This document shows, in pieces, positions 53,811-63,515 of a stretch of DNA of 64,000 nucleotides. How positions within the stretch are numbered: position 1 is the stretch's first letter; each line of letters starts with the position of its first letter. The notes under the pieces were generated by a model. That model was not told where the DNA came from, made no database searches, and saw nothing but the letters and a program-made list of their open reading frames with translations. Made by a program: the position numbers and the translations under genes. This stretch comes from Anaerolineae bacterium (GTDB taxonomy: Bacteria > Chloroflexota > Anaerolineae > Epilineales > Epilineaceae): positions 31,823 to 95,822 of the forward strand of contig JBCLES010000001.1 in NCBI GenBank assembly GCA_038913135.1, in the 5' to 3' direction.

Positions 53811-55613
53811 CTAACGTAGCGTCACCAGCACTTTGATCAGGCCGGTACCTTGAGAGTGGGCTTCGAGCGCTTTGCCCAAGATCGCACCGGTCGGGTAGAT
53901 GAGGACGCCGTTCACGTCGTCGGGTACCGCCAGCATCGCATGACCCGGCAAGGCTGCGCTTACCAGAAGGTCGCCAATCTGTATGGGGCCATTCTCTGCC
54001 GAGACCTTGGTCGGCACTACTCCGAGCAAGGCTACGGGAACTTCGCCCGCCAATGAGTCGTCGATGTGGTGGTCGCCTATCGCAAGGATCGACGGTCGGG
54101 TCGAATAGACGCCTGCCACTAGCCGGGAGTTGGCTTCTCGGGAGAGGCGCACCGCGTAGCCAGTCTCAGGATCAAGAGCCAACACATCGCCGGGCTCAAG
54201 TTCGGCGGGATCGTCGGTCGTCCGCATCGACTCTGCATAATCGGCGCCACCCGTCTGAGTGCCGCCGTTGAAGTAGCCTCGACCGTTAATATCGATACGT
54301 GCGCGGCGCGTTTCGGCGGCACCGGCCACGCCTACGAACAAGTCCCCGGAATCGGATCTCGCCCACATCGCGGCCGTGTTGGAGCTGTAGCCGTACACAC
54401 CTACGGCGGCGGCGCTGCCGGAGCAACCGCCCACGGCGAAGTCGCCCGCGCACGGGGCGCCGGAAAGCGTGCCGATCACCCCTCGCGAGGGGCTATCGCC
54501 CCGTACACCGACAGCGCCGAAACCGAGGACTCCTATCCCGGAATCGGATCTGCCCAGGACTCCCGTCCCACCCGAAGCGCCTGCGCAGCCTCCTACCCCG
54601 TAGGGCTCGCCGGGGCAGGAAGAGCGGCCGATGGTGCCCACTACCCCTCGCGATGGGCTGTCGCCGAGGACGCCAATGGCCCCGCCTGAGAAGCCTTGCA
54701 CCGCGTTGTTCGTGTTCGAAAATCCATGGACGGCGACCCCCGACTGAGAGTAGCCGTCGACTCCGAGCCCTGTCTCGGACGATCCCCGGAGTCCGCTGTT
54801 ACCAGTCGAGCGGCCCGCAACGCCGTACGAGTCCCTGGATAGTCCGTTCACACCAATGCCGAGCGTTGAGGAACCTGAAACGCCGGTAGCCGATGTGTCT
54901 CCGGCGCAACCGCCGACCGCGAACCGACCTTCGCACGGAATCCGATCGATTCTTCCGACGACGCCGCGCTCCGAGCTGCTACCCAGAAGAGCCACGCCGC
55001 CCAACGGCGTGACTGACTCAAGCCGAGCCTCAGGGCTTTCGATACCAATGCCGATGGATCCGCCGGCATCCACGCGCAGCGCTTCAAATCCGCTGGTCTT
55101 TACGATCAGCGGCTCGCCGTCCGTCGTTCCTAGAAATGCGCCGCTACCCTCGGTGCCGCCGTTGCCGTTCATGTTCCACGCGCCCGTGCTATATGAAGCA
55201 TACGGAGCAGCCGTGAGCAGCTGACGCGGGCTGAGCGTGGTGAAAGCCACCGCGCTACCGTTCGGGCGGACAGCCACCTCCAACCAAAGCGACCGCCCGT
55301 CGAAGACACCAAGGCCGAAGTCGATCGGCACCGTGAACACGCCGTTGGCAACAGGTACATCGGCGACGGCAAGAGTTGCCCCTACCTGGGATCCGCCTGA
55401 TTCGCTGTCGTATAAGATGAAACGAAACTCATGTGGGGCATTTGCCGGCGCGTCGCCCTGCATCAGGCTGCCCTGATACGTAAACAAGCTACCGATGGCC
55501 ATCGGCGACATGATTGCGTCGGAACTGATTTGGCCCTGGGCGGTGGGTGCACCCCCAAGACCAAAAGCGATGAGCGCCGCGAGCGTCGCGGTCGCGAATG
55601 GGCGATGTTGCAT
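53811..55613 (-). CDS. Secreted tail-fibre-like Gly-rich repeat protein with a C-terminal intramolecular-chaperone-like domain
   Basis: The ATG at 55613 follows GGGAG with an 8-nt spacer and gives a signal peptide (ATATLAALIAFGLGGAPTAQG). The N-domain reads FTYQGSL...F.LYDSESGGSQVG...NGVFTVPIDFG...LWLEVAV...LSPRQLLTAAPYA. G-x-G-V repeats follow. The C-terminus carries GGADYAE...GDVLAL...GVYSTRP...GDLLVSAALPGHAM. Confidence 0.7.
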   Translation of the reverse strand: MQHRPFATATLAALIAFGLGGAPTAQGQISSDAIMSPMAIGSLFTYQGSLMQGDAPANAPHEFRFILYDSESGGSQVGATLAVADVPVANGVFTVPIDFGLGVFDGRSLWLEVAVRPNGSAVAFTTLSPRQLLTAAPYASYSTGAWNMNGNGGTEGSGAFLGTTDGEPLIVKTSGFEALRVDAGGSIGIGIESPEARLESVTPLGGVALLGSSSERGVVGRIDRIPCEGRFAVGGCAGDTSATGVSGSSTLGIGVNGLSRDSYGVAGRSTGNSGLRGSSETGLGVDGYSQSGVAVHGFSNTNNAVQGFSGGAIGVLGDSPSRGVVGTIGRSSCPGEPYGVGGCAGASGGTGVLGRSDSGIGVLGFGAVGVRGDSPSRGVIGTLSGAPCAGDFAVGGCSGSAAAVGVYGYSSNTAAMWARSDSGDLFVGVAGAAETRRARIDINGRGYFNGGTQTGGADYAESMRTTDDPAELEPGDVLALDPETGYAVRLSREANSRLVAGVYSTRPSILAIGDHHIDDSLAGEVPVALLGVVPTKVSAENGPIQIGDLLVSAALPGHAMLAVPDDVNGVLIYPTGAILGKALEAHSQGTGLIKVLVTLR

Positions 55614-55842
55614 GATTTCTGCTCCCTGGTTAGGACGCCGCGGACGAGTTTGGCGTGCCCTGACCCCGAGCATTGACCCGTGCCGACCGCCGACTCGCTG
55701 TCCCGGCCAGCATAGCGGCTGCGATACCTGAACGCTACCGCCGAGTCTGCCCGGGGGCGTTGTCAGATAGCCTGGTCCAGGGTGCGCAAGGAATTGTTGA
55801 TCTAGAGGGGATTGCCCCAATGAGTCTGAAGGGCATCGCCCG

Positions 55843-56466
55843 TCAGCCGTCGACGTTCATATGCGCGACCATCGGCACCTCGGTGCCGAGCGCGATCGGC
55901 GTACCGATTGTCGTTGTGCCGGTAGCCGCGACAGCCGTCGCAGGGGCGTCGATACCGCGGATAGAGTCTGAGCCTATTCGGGCGAAGAGGGCGACCAACA
56001 CCGTCGCGGCGACAGCGAGCGCGGCGGTGTTGCGCCGGCCCAAGCTGAAAATGAATTCGTTAGAGTTCGCCCGCTTCGACTTCGACTTACTCTGAAAGTT
56101 GACCATTCCACCGGTAATCTCCGGCATCGCCGATCCTGCTCCGCTCCGCCCGGCGTCGAAACACTGGAGAACTTCGCTCTCGAGACGGGCGATGAATCGA
56201 TCCGTCGGTTGCGTTCTCAAACGTGCCGCCATCGCGGCGCTCGTCGCCGGAGATCGCATGTCGACCGCCAAGCGCGCCCGTTCGGCCGCAGGGGCGCCAA
56301 ATGTTGTTGCAACCCGCTCCCAGGATACACCTGCGCCGAGCGCGGCGAGCGCACAATCAGTGGTTTCCGCCTGGCTGCCGAGCGCCGAAATCGGCCACAT
56401 GTGATGCATGCGCTTAGCCGCCAACCTATCGTAACCGCTGCGCCTATAGTCTCGGTGTTCGCTCAT
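55843..56466 (-). CDS. Putative anti-sigma factor (single-pass membrane protein)
   Basis: An ATGA overlap joins it to the upstream ECF sigma gene. One TM is present (AALAVAATVLVALFA). I recognised no zinc-binding anti-sigma motif, so the call rests on position. Confidence 0.5.
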   Translation of the reverse strand: MSEHRDYRRSGYDRLAAKRMHHMWPISALGSQAETTDCALAALGAGVSWERVATTFGAPAAERARLAVDMRSPATSAAMAARLRTQPTDRFIARLESEVLQCFDAGRSGAGSAMPEITGGMVNFQSKSKSKRANSNEFIFSLGRRNTAALAVAATVLVALFARIGSDSIRGIDAPATAVAATGTTTIGTPIALGTEVPMVAHMNVDG

Positions 56467-57134
56467 GCTTCACTCCGTAATGCCCGCTGACCGCCCGCTT
56501 GTTGCGGGCGAGGAGTCATTCCAAGTTCTTCGGCGACCTTCAACGCTCGCTTCAGAGCGCGATGTTGGAGCACTTTCACGTTGCCCGGCGTCGTTTCCAT
56601 CGCTTCGGCCGTATCCTGAGTGGACCGGCCTTCCATCACCCGGAGCTCGAGAACCTGGCGAAATCGAGGCGACAACTTGCTCAGGATCGCTTTACCGAGA
56701 AGTGTTGCATGTGCACTCGAGGAATCCTCGCTCGGCCTTGCCATCGGCTCGACCAAATCGGGACCGCCGCAGGGCTCGGAGGACTGAATGTCCGGATCCA
56801 AGGCGACCATGTTCGGCCGCCTGCCCGAGATGCGCCAGCGGTCGCGCAAGCAATTGCGGGCGATGACGTAGAGCCAAGTCCGGATGCTGGATCGACCCTG
56901 AAAATCGTCTATCGATCGAACGAAGCGCATGAAGATCTCACTCGTCAGATCCTCGGCCTCTTCGACAAGGCCGATCTGATTGAACACGTAGCCGTAAATC
57001 TCGCGCAGGTAGCGCTGATAGAGCGCCACGACGGCGGTGCGATCTCCAGTTTTGGCCCGCGCGACCAGCTCAGCATCGCTCGCGATGAGATCATGCTGCG
57101 CTGCCTGTCCGGCGGGTACGAGTGGTCTGTGCAT
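56463..57134 (-). CDS. ECF-type RNA polymerase sigma-70 factor
   Basis: Region 2 reads LYQRYLREIYGYV...AEDLTSEIFMRF...IRTWLYVIARN. Region 4 reads RFRQVLELRVMEGRSTQDTAEAMETTPGNVKVLQHRA. Confidence 0.85.
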   Translation of the reverse strand: MHRPLVPAGQAAQHDLIASDAELVARAKTGDRTAVVALYQRYLREIYGYVFNQIGLVEEAEDLTSEIFMRFVRSIDDFQGRSSIRTWLYVIARNCLRDRWRISGRRPNMVALDPDIQSSEPCGGPDLVEPMARPSEDSSSAHATLLGKAILSKLSPRFRQVLELRVMEGRSTQDTAEAMETTPGNVKVLQHRALKRALKVAEELGMTPRPQQAGGQRALRSEA

Positions 57135-57333
57135 CGACTAGCGTCTCCGTGCCGACCCGCGGCAATAATCGAAGTGCAAACCGCACGAAGGTCGGCTTGG
57201 TTCTTTGATCGACGCAACAAGGTTACATGCGATTCTAGTACACCGTCACCATGAATCCCATAGGCTCGACCGCCGATGCATCCGCCCCGGCGCCCCGCTG
57301 CCCGAATTGCGAGGATTAATGCTTGACGGCCCC

Positions 57334-60300
57334 TCACACCACCGCCTCCTGCGCGTCGCGAGCCAATCGGCTGAGCCAATGGGTTACCTGCCGAAGCCAT
57401 TTTTCCGGCGGCCCGCTTACCGGCAAGCCGACACGCTGGCTGCCAATCCGTGCATCGCGAGGCAAGAGACGTTTGAGACGCGCCCTGTCGACCGGGCGCC
57501 CAGCCGGCCAGCGGATCGCGATGACATCCCCTTCCAGGCCTACGCCGCTCGCGCCGCACTGATGGGCAAGGATTCGTAAGCGCAGGACCTCCAGGAGGTG
57601 GCGCGTCTCCGGTGGCGGCGGTCCGAAACGGTCGCGAAGCTCGTCCCGGATCTCGTCGACGGCGGCTTGGTCGCTCGCCGCGGCCATGCGGCGATAGATA
57701 CGCGTTCGCTCGCCGGTCTCCGAAATGTACTCCTCCGGCAGGAATGCGTGCAGCGGCAGATCGACCGTGGGCAACGATCCGGGGTCGATCTCGTCGAGTT
57801 CGCTCGCTACCCTATCCGGTAGGCCGTCATTTTCGACCGCATCCGCCCTGACGTTCTTGATCGCTTCGGCTAGTAGCCTTGTGTAAAGGTCCAGGCCTAT
57901 CGCAGCTACTTGGCCATGCTGCCGAGCGCCCAAGATCTCTCCGGCGCCCCGAATCTCCAAGTCGCGCATCGCGATTCTGAACCCGCTGCCCAAATCTGCG
58001 TGGTCGGCTAGTGCTTCCAGCCGCGCATGCGCGTCCTGGCTCAGGTCGTAACCAGGAGGGTAGAGGAAGTAGGCCTGCGCACGCTGAGCGCTACGCCCCA
58101 CGCGGCCGCGCAACTGATGGAGCTGCGCGAGCCCGAAACGGTCAGCGCGTTCGACTATCAGCGTATTGGCGTTGGGGATGTCCAGTCCGCTTTCGACGAT
58201 GCTCGTGCACACGAGGACATCGATGTTGCCACCGACGAAGTCGAGCATGGCGCCGGCCAAGCGCGCCTCGGTCATCTGGCCGTGCGCGACGGCCGTGCGC
58301 GCCTCAGGTACCAGTTTTTCGACCTTCTCACGGACCATCTCGATGCCGTGCACGCGATTGTAGACGTAGAAGACTTGGCCGCCGCGCGCGATCTCACGCC
58401 TGATCGCCTGACGGACCAATTGGTCGTCGTAAGGACCGAGTTGCGTCTGGACCGGCAGGCGTTCGGCCGGCGGTGTGTCGATTTTGGTCAGATCGCGCAG
58501 GCCCGTCAGTGCCAGGTGCATGGTTCTTGGGATCGGTGTGGCCGTTAGGGTCAATGTGTCGACGCCGTCAGCCAATGCGCGCAACCGCTCTTTGTGCTTG
58601 ACCCCAAAACGTTGCTCTTCGTCGATGATGAGAAGGCCGAGGTCTTTGAAGCGGATGTCCGGCTGTAGTAATCGGTGAGTGCCGATCACGATGTCGACCT
58701 CTCCGCGTCCCATCCGCTCGACGATCGCGTCGCGCTGCGCTTTAGTCCTGAAGCGAGACAGGACTTCGACGGCGATGGGGAAGGCCGAGAGGCGCGTCGT
58801 GAAGGTTTCGAAATGCTGCTGGGCCAAAATTGTCGTCGGGGCGAGCAAAGCTACCTGCTTGCCGCCCATGACCGCCTTGAACGCGGCGCGAAGCGCGACC
58901 TCGGTCTTACCAAAGCCGACATCGCCGACGACGAGTCGGTCCATCGGCCTCTCGGCCTCCATGTCTCGCTTCACGTCATCGATCGCACGCAGCTGATCGT
59001 CCGTTTCCACATATGGGAAAGCCGCCTCCATCTCCGCCTGCCACGGCGTATCAGGAGCAAAGGCGCCGCGCCGCGACGTTTCGCGGCGGGCATACAGCGC
59101 CAGCAGCTCCTCGGCGATGTCCTCGACCTCGCGCTTGGCGCGGGCCTTTGCCCTTTCCCAATCCGCAGTCCCAAGGCGCGTGACCGCTGGCGAAACTTCG
59201 CCGGTCCCCACGTAGCGCGCTACGCGATCCGCCTGATGGGTGGGCACGAAGAGCACGTCGCCTGAGGCGTACTCAAGACGCAGATAGTCACGCGACACTT
59301 CGCCGAAGCTCATGCGCTCCAAACCGCCAAACAGCGCGATCCCATGCTCGATGTGAACGACGTGGTCGCCTTGTGAATACTCGGCGAAGAAGTCGGTGGG
59401 CGATGCACTCTCGACATCGCGCGCCCGCCGCCGCTTGAACGGCATGCGCCACCCGAACAGCTCGCCGTCGGTGATGACATCGAGCGCCAGCCTGCCGTCA
59501 ATGGCATCCAGAGTCCATCCCGCGCCGAGCGCGCCATGAATGATCGAAACACCGCCGGCCGTCGGCGCCACGTCGAGCGCGGTGTTCACTAACTGCGGGC
59601 GGCCGACATCGGTGAAGAGTTCCGCCAGCCTCGGAGCCTGTCTCGAGACGATCACTATCGATCGGCCGGTGTCGGACCTTCGTGAGAGATCGAGGACTGC
59701 GTCTTCGATCTGCCCGCCGAATCGTTCAGGTGAACCGAACATGGAAGCGACGTCGCCCGGTCTTGGCCCGTAGCGCGCACGTCCAAGATCCAATCTTCGA
59801 TAGCGCTCGAGAGTCCGGCTCAGCTCAGGCGCACCCATCAAGGCCGCCGGCGGCCAGTCGAGCGGCAACTCACGGGCTTCCTCGAGTTCGTTCCGAAGCG
59901 TTTGAGCCTGCGAAAGGACACCCTCAGCGGACCGAACAAGGCGTTCGAACTCGTCGAAGACTACCCAAGTATCCGGCGTCAGGTGATCGAAAAGGGTCGC
60001 TCTCTCCGGATGGAGCCACGGCATGTAGAGCTCCATGCCAGCGAATCGTTCGCCTGCCTCCAGCCGCACGGCATGCCGCCGATGCTCGCTTTCGGCCAAC
60101 GGATGTAGTCGGTCGAGTGAAACGTCGAGAAGCGCGGCCGCCGCCTCACGGCCCCTACCCGGCAGCACTTCCGCGGCCGGCAAAACTAGGAGCCTCTTTA
60201 AAGCGTCCCGTGATCTCTGTGTCGCGACCTCGAAGGTTCGAAGAGATTCAATCTCGTCGCCGAACCATTCGATCCTGACGGGCAGGGAATGCGATGGCAC

Positions 60301-60912
60301 AAAGACATCGACTATCCCGCCTCTGCGCGACGCCTGTCCCGGCTCCTCCACACGCGCCGTGAGATCGTAGCCGAGAGTGTCAAGTGCCCGCAGAAACGCA
60401 GTTTGTTCGATCCGAGCGCCGCTTCGGATGATAGTCGCCGTCCTGTCCATCTCAGCCACAGGAAGCGTACAAGTAACGACTCCGCGGACCGTAGCAATGA
60501 TCACGGGCGCCTCGGAGCCGTCGATCCCGTTCCGCCGATCGTACAGCGAAGCAAGAGTGGCCATGCGCAGCTCACGCGAATTCGGATCCGAGGCGCCGCG
60601 CTCGTAAGGCAGGGCATCCGGCGCCGGAAACACTACGACCGGCCGACGTGAGCCCAGAAAACCCTCGAGCGCCTCGGCGAGCATTCTTGCAAGGGCCGGC
60701 TCGGGAACGATCCACAATAGCGGCGCGGCCTGAGTCGACGGACGCGATGCCAATGCGGCTACCACGACGGGCTGAACGGCTTCGGCCAGTCCCAGGGGGC
60801 CTAGGCCTTCCGCGCGCGCCACGACAGCTCGATCGCATAGCTCGGCCCATGCGGCGAACTCGGTCGTGGCGGCGATGCGATCGGTCAGTCCAGTCAGCGA
60901 AAGGTCGTGCAT
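57334..60912 (-). CDS. mfd: Transcription-repair coupling factor Mfd
   Basis: A UvrB-homology N-region and the CarD-like GDHVVHIEHGI are followed by helicase motifs GDVGFGKTEV, DEEQRFGV and LTATPIPRT, plus the TRG motif. I chose the ATG at 60912 because the upstream 50 codons are AT-rich and look non-coding. Confidence 0.9.
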   Translation of the reverse strand: MHDLSLTGLTDRIAATTEFAAWAELCDRAVVARAEGLGPLGLAEAVQPVVVAALASRPSTQAAPLLWIVPEPALARMLAEALEGFLGSRRPVVVFPAPDALPYERGASDPNSRELRMATLASLYDRRNGIDGSEAPVIIATVRGVVTCTLPVAEMDRTATIIRSGARIEQTAFLRALDTLGYDLTARVEEPGQASRRGGIVDVFVPSHSLPVRIEWFGDEIESLRTFEVATQRSRDALKRLLVLPAAEVLPGRGREAAAALLDVSLDRLHPLAESEHRRHAVRLEAGERFAGMELYMPWLHPERATLFDHLTPDTWVVFDEFERLVRSAEGVLSQAQTLRNELEEARELPLDWPPAALMGAPELSRTLERYRRLDLGRARYGPRPGDVASMFGSPERFGGQIEDAVLDLSRRSDTGRSIVIVSRQAPRLAELFTDVGRPQLVNTALDVAPTAGGVSIIHGALGAGWTLDAIDGRLALDVITDGELFGWRMPFKRRRARDVESASPTDFFAEYSQGDHVVHIEHGIALFGGLERMSFGEVSRDYLRLEYASGDVLFVPTHQADRVARYVGTGEVSPAVTRLGTADWERAKARAKREVEDIAEELLALYARRETSRRGAFAPDTPWQAEMEAAFPYVETDDQLRAIDDVKRDMEAERPMDRLVVGDVGFGKTEVALRAAFKAVMGGKQVALLAPTTILAQQHFETFTTRLSAFPIAVEVLSRFRTKAQRDAIVERMGRGEVDIVIGTHRLLQPDIRFKDLGLLIIDEEQRFGVKHKERLRALADGVDTLTLTATPIPRTMHLALTGLRDLTKIDTPPAERLPVQTQLGPYDDQLVRQAIRREIARGGQVFYVYNRVHGIEMVREKVEKLVPEARTAVAHGQMTEARLAGAMLDFVGGNIDVLVCTSIVESGLDIPNANTLIVERADRFGLAQLHQLRGRVGRSAQRAQAYFLYPPGYDLSQDAHARLEALADHADLGSGFRIAMRDLEIRGAGEILGARQHGQVAAIGLDLYTRLLAEAIKNVRADAVENDGLPDRVASELDEIDPGSLPTVDLPLHAFLPEEYISETGERTRIYRRMAAASDQAAVDEIRDELRDRFGPPPPETRHLLEVLRLRILAHQCGASGVGLEGDVIAIRWPAGRPVDRARLKRLLPRDARIGSQRVGLPVSGPPEKWLRQVTHWLSRLARDAQEAVV

Positions 60913-61089
60913 TGTCAACCTGGGAAGGCGTATTAGCGAACGCTCAACTCTAGCACGCGGCAGCGACGGCAAGAAGCTAATTGAAGCCGCGTGGTCTTCG
61001 AGCTTGGAATACGAAAACAGATAGCTTGACGGATCGAGGTGAAATGAATAGATTAACGCCATCGTAACTTCCCTACGACGGACGAGCTC

Positions 61090-61848
61090 ATGCGAACGCT
61101 GATCCCCCTCTCGCTGTTCCTGATGCTCGGCGCGCTAGCCGGCTGCATGCCGGTGGCGTCCGAGTCCGGTTCCGACCTCCTCGCCGATGCTGATGGTGTA
61201 GAGATCTCGGATCCCGAAGACGAAATCAATTTCATACCGGCATTCCTCGATCCTCCGACCGAGGTTCCTCCGACCTTCACCCCTTTGCCGCCGACCGCGA
61301 CACCTTGGCCGACGGCGACCATTCCTCCGACTCCAACGGTGGATCCGCTTGCGTCCGCCGGTCCTCCGATCAGGCTCGAGGTGCCGGCGCTCGGTATCGA
61401 TGCTTACGTCGAAGAGGTCGGGCTAACCGCGGATCGTGCGATGGACGTACCCCAAGGCTGGATGAACGCCGGCTGGTACAAGAACGGCGCCAGGCCCGGT
61501 GAGGTCGGCAATGCGGTGATCGCGGGGCATTTCGACACGTCTTCGGGCGGACCGGCGGTTTTCTGGGATCTACGTGCCCTTGCGCCCGGCGACGAAGTGA
61601 TCGTCACCTATGAGCGTGGCGATCGGTTTACGTTCGTAGTCGAAGGTTCGCAAGAGTTCGATTACGACGCCGAGGGTGAGGCGATCGACGTGGTGTTCGG
61701 ACCGTCACAGACCGAAGACCTGAATCTGATCACCTGCCAGGGCGTATGGGATCGAACGCAATCGACGTACGACAGACGGCTCGTTGTCTATACGCGCTTA
61801 GCGCCGGAGAAGACGGTTCGGGTCGGTTTGGACGGGACGTACGACTGA
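61090..61848 (+). CDS. Sortase-family transpeptidase (class F-like) with a lipoprotein-type signal
   Basis: The lipobox is LAGC, followed by a P/T linker. The sortase fold signature reads LEVPALGIDAYV, AIAGHFD (His), LITCQG (Cys) and RRLVVY (Arg). Confidence 0.75.
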   Translation: MRTLIPLSLFLMLGALAGCMPVASESGSDLLADADGVEISDPEDEINFIPAFLDPPTEVPPTFTPLPPTATPWPTATIPPTPTVDPLASAGPPIRLEVPALGIDAYVEEVGLTADRAMDVPQGWMNAGWYKNGARPGEVGNAVIAGHFDTSSGGPAVFWDLRALAPGDEVIVTYERGDRFTFVVEGSQEFDYDAEGEAIDVVFGPSQTEDLNLITCQGVWDRTQSTYDRRLVVYTRLAPEKTVRVGLDGTYD

Positions 61849-61933
61849 CGGCTGGCGGCAACCGACGGCCGCTCCGCTTTTCCGAGTAGCCCAGTCCGTA
61901 CCTCGATTGTCTAGAATCCGCGATCAGTTTTGA

Positions 61934-63496
61934 TTAGTGGCCGTCGACTATCGCTTCCGCAGCCGGCAATACAACGGCGGCCGCTGAATTCGCGATGTCC
62001 AAGAATGGCTGCACGCCGATGCCGATCACGAAAGTCATGACGAGGGATAGCACGATCACGAAGTTGAGCGTCGGCGCGGTGCGGATCGGGGTCCAACCCT
62101 CGGCCGGAGCATTCAAGAACATTGCCTTCACGACGTTGAAGTAGTAGCCGGCCGCGATCACGCCTGTCAGCACGCCGACTATCGCAAGCCCCGTCATGCC
62201 GCTGGTGACGGCGGCGCTGAACACCGCGAACTTGGCGAAGAAACCGGCCAACGGCGGAATGCCGAGCAGGCCGAGGAAGAGGATCGCGAGCGATACGGCG
62301 AGCATCGGTGAGCGACGCGCCAACCCGTTGAACGCTGAGATCTCGCTCGATCCGGACGCCTGCTCGACCGCTATGACGACAGCGAAGGCGCCTAAGTTAG
62401 TGAAGACGTAGGCCAGGATATAGTAGAGGACGCTTCCGAGCGCATCGAGGCCAGTCAGGCTCGCCCCAAAGTAAGCCGCGATGCCGACGAGCATGTATCC
62501 AGCCTGTGCGATCGAAGAGTATGCCAACAGCCGCTTCACATTGGTCTGAGGTAGCGCGGCGAGATTGCCGACCACCATCGTTATGCCCGCGATGGATGCC
62601 AAGATGCCGAGCCACGCAACTCCGATCGACTCGGAACCGTGAACCGCGGCGAACAACCTGATCAGAACGGCGAATCCCGCCGCCTTAGGTCCAACGGAAA
62701 GGAAGCTGGTCACAGGCGTAGGTGCGCCTTCAAAGGCTTCAGGCGCCCATTGGTGGAACGGTACAAGGGCCAACTTGAATCCGACCCCGGCCAGGACGAA
62801 CATCAACGCGGGCAGGACTAAGGAGTCCAAGCCCGAGACGAGGTCGCTCTCAGGCCGCGCGATCACGGCCGCAAGATCGGGCAGAGAAGTCGTTCCCGCG
62901 ATGCCGTAGAGATAAGTCAGTCCGAAGAGCATCGCAGCGCTCGTGATCGACCCGAAAAGGAAATACTTGAGACCGCCCTCGATCGATTTGTTGTCGTCGC
63001 GGAGGAAGGCTGTGAGGATGTAGCTCGTGATGGACAGGAATTCGATGCTGACCGCAATCATGATCAGATCATTCGATCCGGCCATCAAGTTCATCGCCAG
63101 AGCCGAAAAAACGACGAACATATAGAACTCGCCCTTGAACGGCGTTCGCCCATGCATGTACTTCATGCCCGACAGGATCACCAAGCTCGCCGTCAGGGCG
63201 CTGATCAGCCTGAAGAAGTTCGTGAAGCCGTCTGAGACGAAGGCACCTTCGCGCACGGTTGAAATCTCGGGCTGCGCGGTGCTTCCGATGTTTACGGTTG
63301 ATTCGAAGATCCCGGCAGCGCTGCCGTAAAGCGCAACTGTCGCCGCAGCAGCCGCCACGAGCGTCACCAGGGCAATCCACGGCTGCAACGCGTCCCGCCC
63401 ACGCACGGCGAGATCGTACGCAAGAATTGCGAGCGCCCCCACGAGAAGGATCAGTTCTGGGGAAAAGTGGATGAAGATTAGGCCGAGATTCGGCAC
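61934..63496 (-). CDS. nuoN: NADH-quinone oxidoreductase subunit N
   Basis: The protein is polytopic with about 14 TM helices and has the Mrp-antiporter-like composition. It lies directly downstream of nuoM. The GTG at 63496 follows AGGAG with a 6-nt spacer. Confidence 0.9.
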   Translation of the reverse strand: MPNLGLIFIHFSPELILLVGALAILAYDLAVRGRDALQPWIALVTLVAAAAATVALYGSAAGIFESTVNIGSTAQPEISTVREGAFVSDGFTNFFRLISALTASLVILSGMKYMHGRTPFKGEFYMFVVFSALAMNLMAGSNDLIMIAVSIEFLSITSYILTAFLRDDNKSIEGGLKYFLFGSITSAAMLFGLTYLYGIAGTTSLPDLAAVIARPESDLVSGLDSLVLPALMFVLAGVGFKLALVPFHQWAPEAFEGAPTPVTSFLSVGPKAAGFAVLIRLFAAVHGSESIGVAWLGILASIAGITMVVGNLAALPQTNVKRLLAYSSIAQAGYMLVGIAAYFGASLTGLDALGSVLYYILAYVFTNLGAFAVVIAVEQASGSSEISAFNGLARRSPMLAVSLAILFLGLLGIPPLAGFFAKFAVFSAAVTSGMTGLAIVGVLTGVIAAGYYFNVVKAMFLNAPAEGWTPIRTAPTLNFVIVLSLVMTFVIGIGVQPFLDIANSAAAVVLPAAEAIVDGH

Positions 63497-63515
63497 GAAG
63501 GTCTCCTGCGGCGTC

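Noticed and set aside
55614-55842. Search for an ECF-type promoter (GAAC/AAC ... CGT) upstream of the fibre gene, and at 57135-57333 upstream of the sigma gene
   Set aside because: I found only weak, badly spaced matches. I could not support a call without comparative data.
60913-61062. 50-codon N-terminal extension of Mfd (MALIYSFHLDPSSYLFSY...)
   Set aside because: The stretch is AT-rich and non-coding-like. It would leave only 27 bp for two divergent promoters. Conserved Mfd sequence begins after the ATG at 60912.
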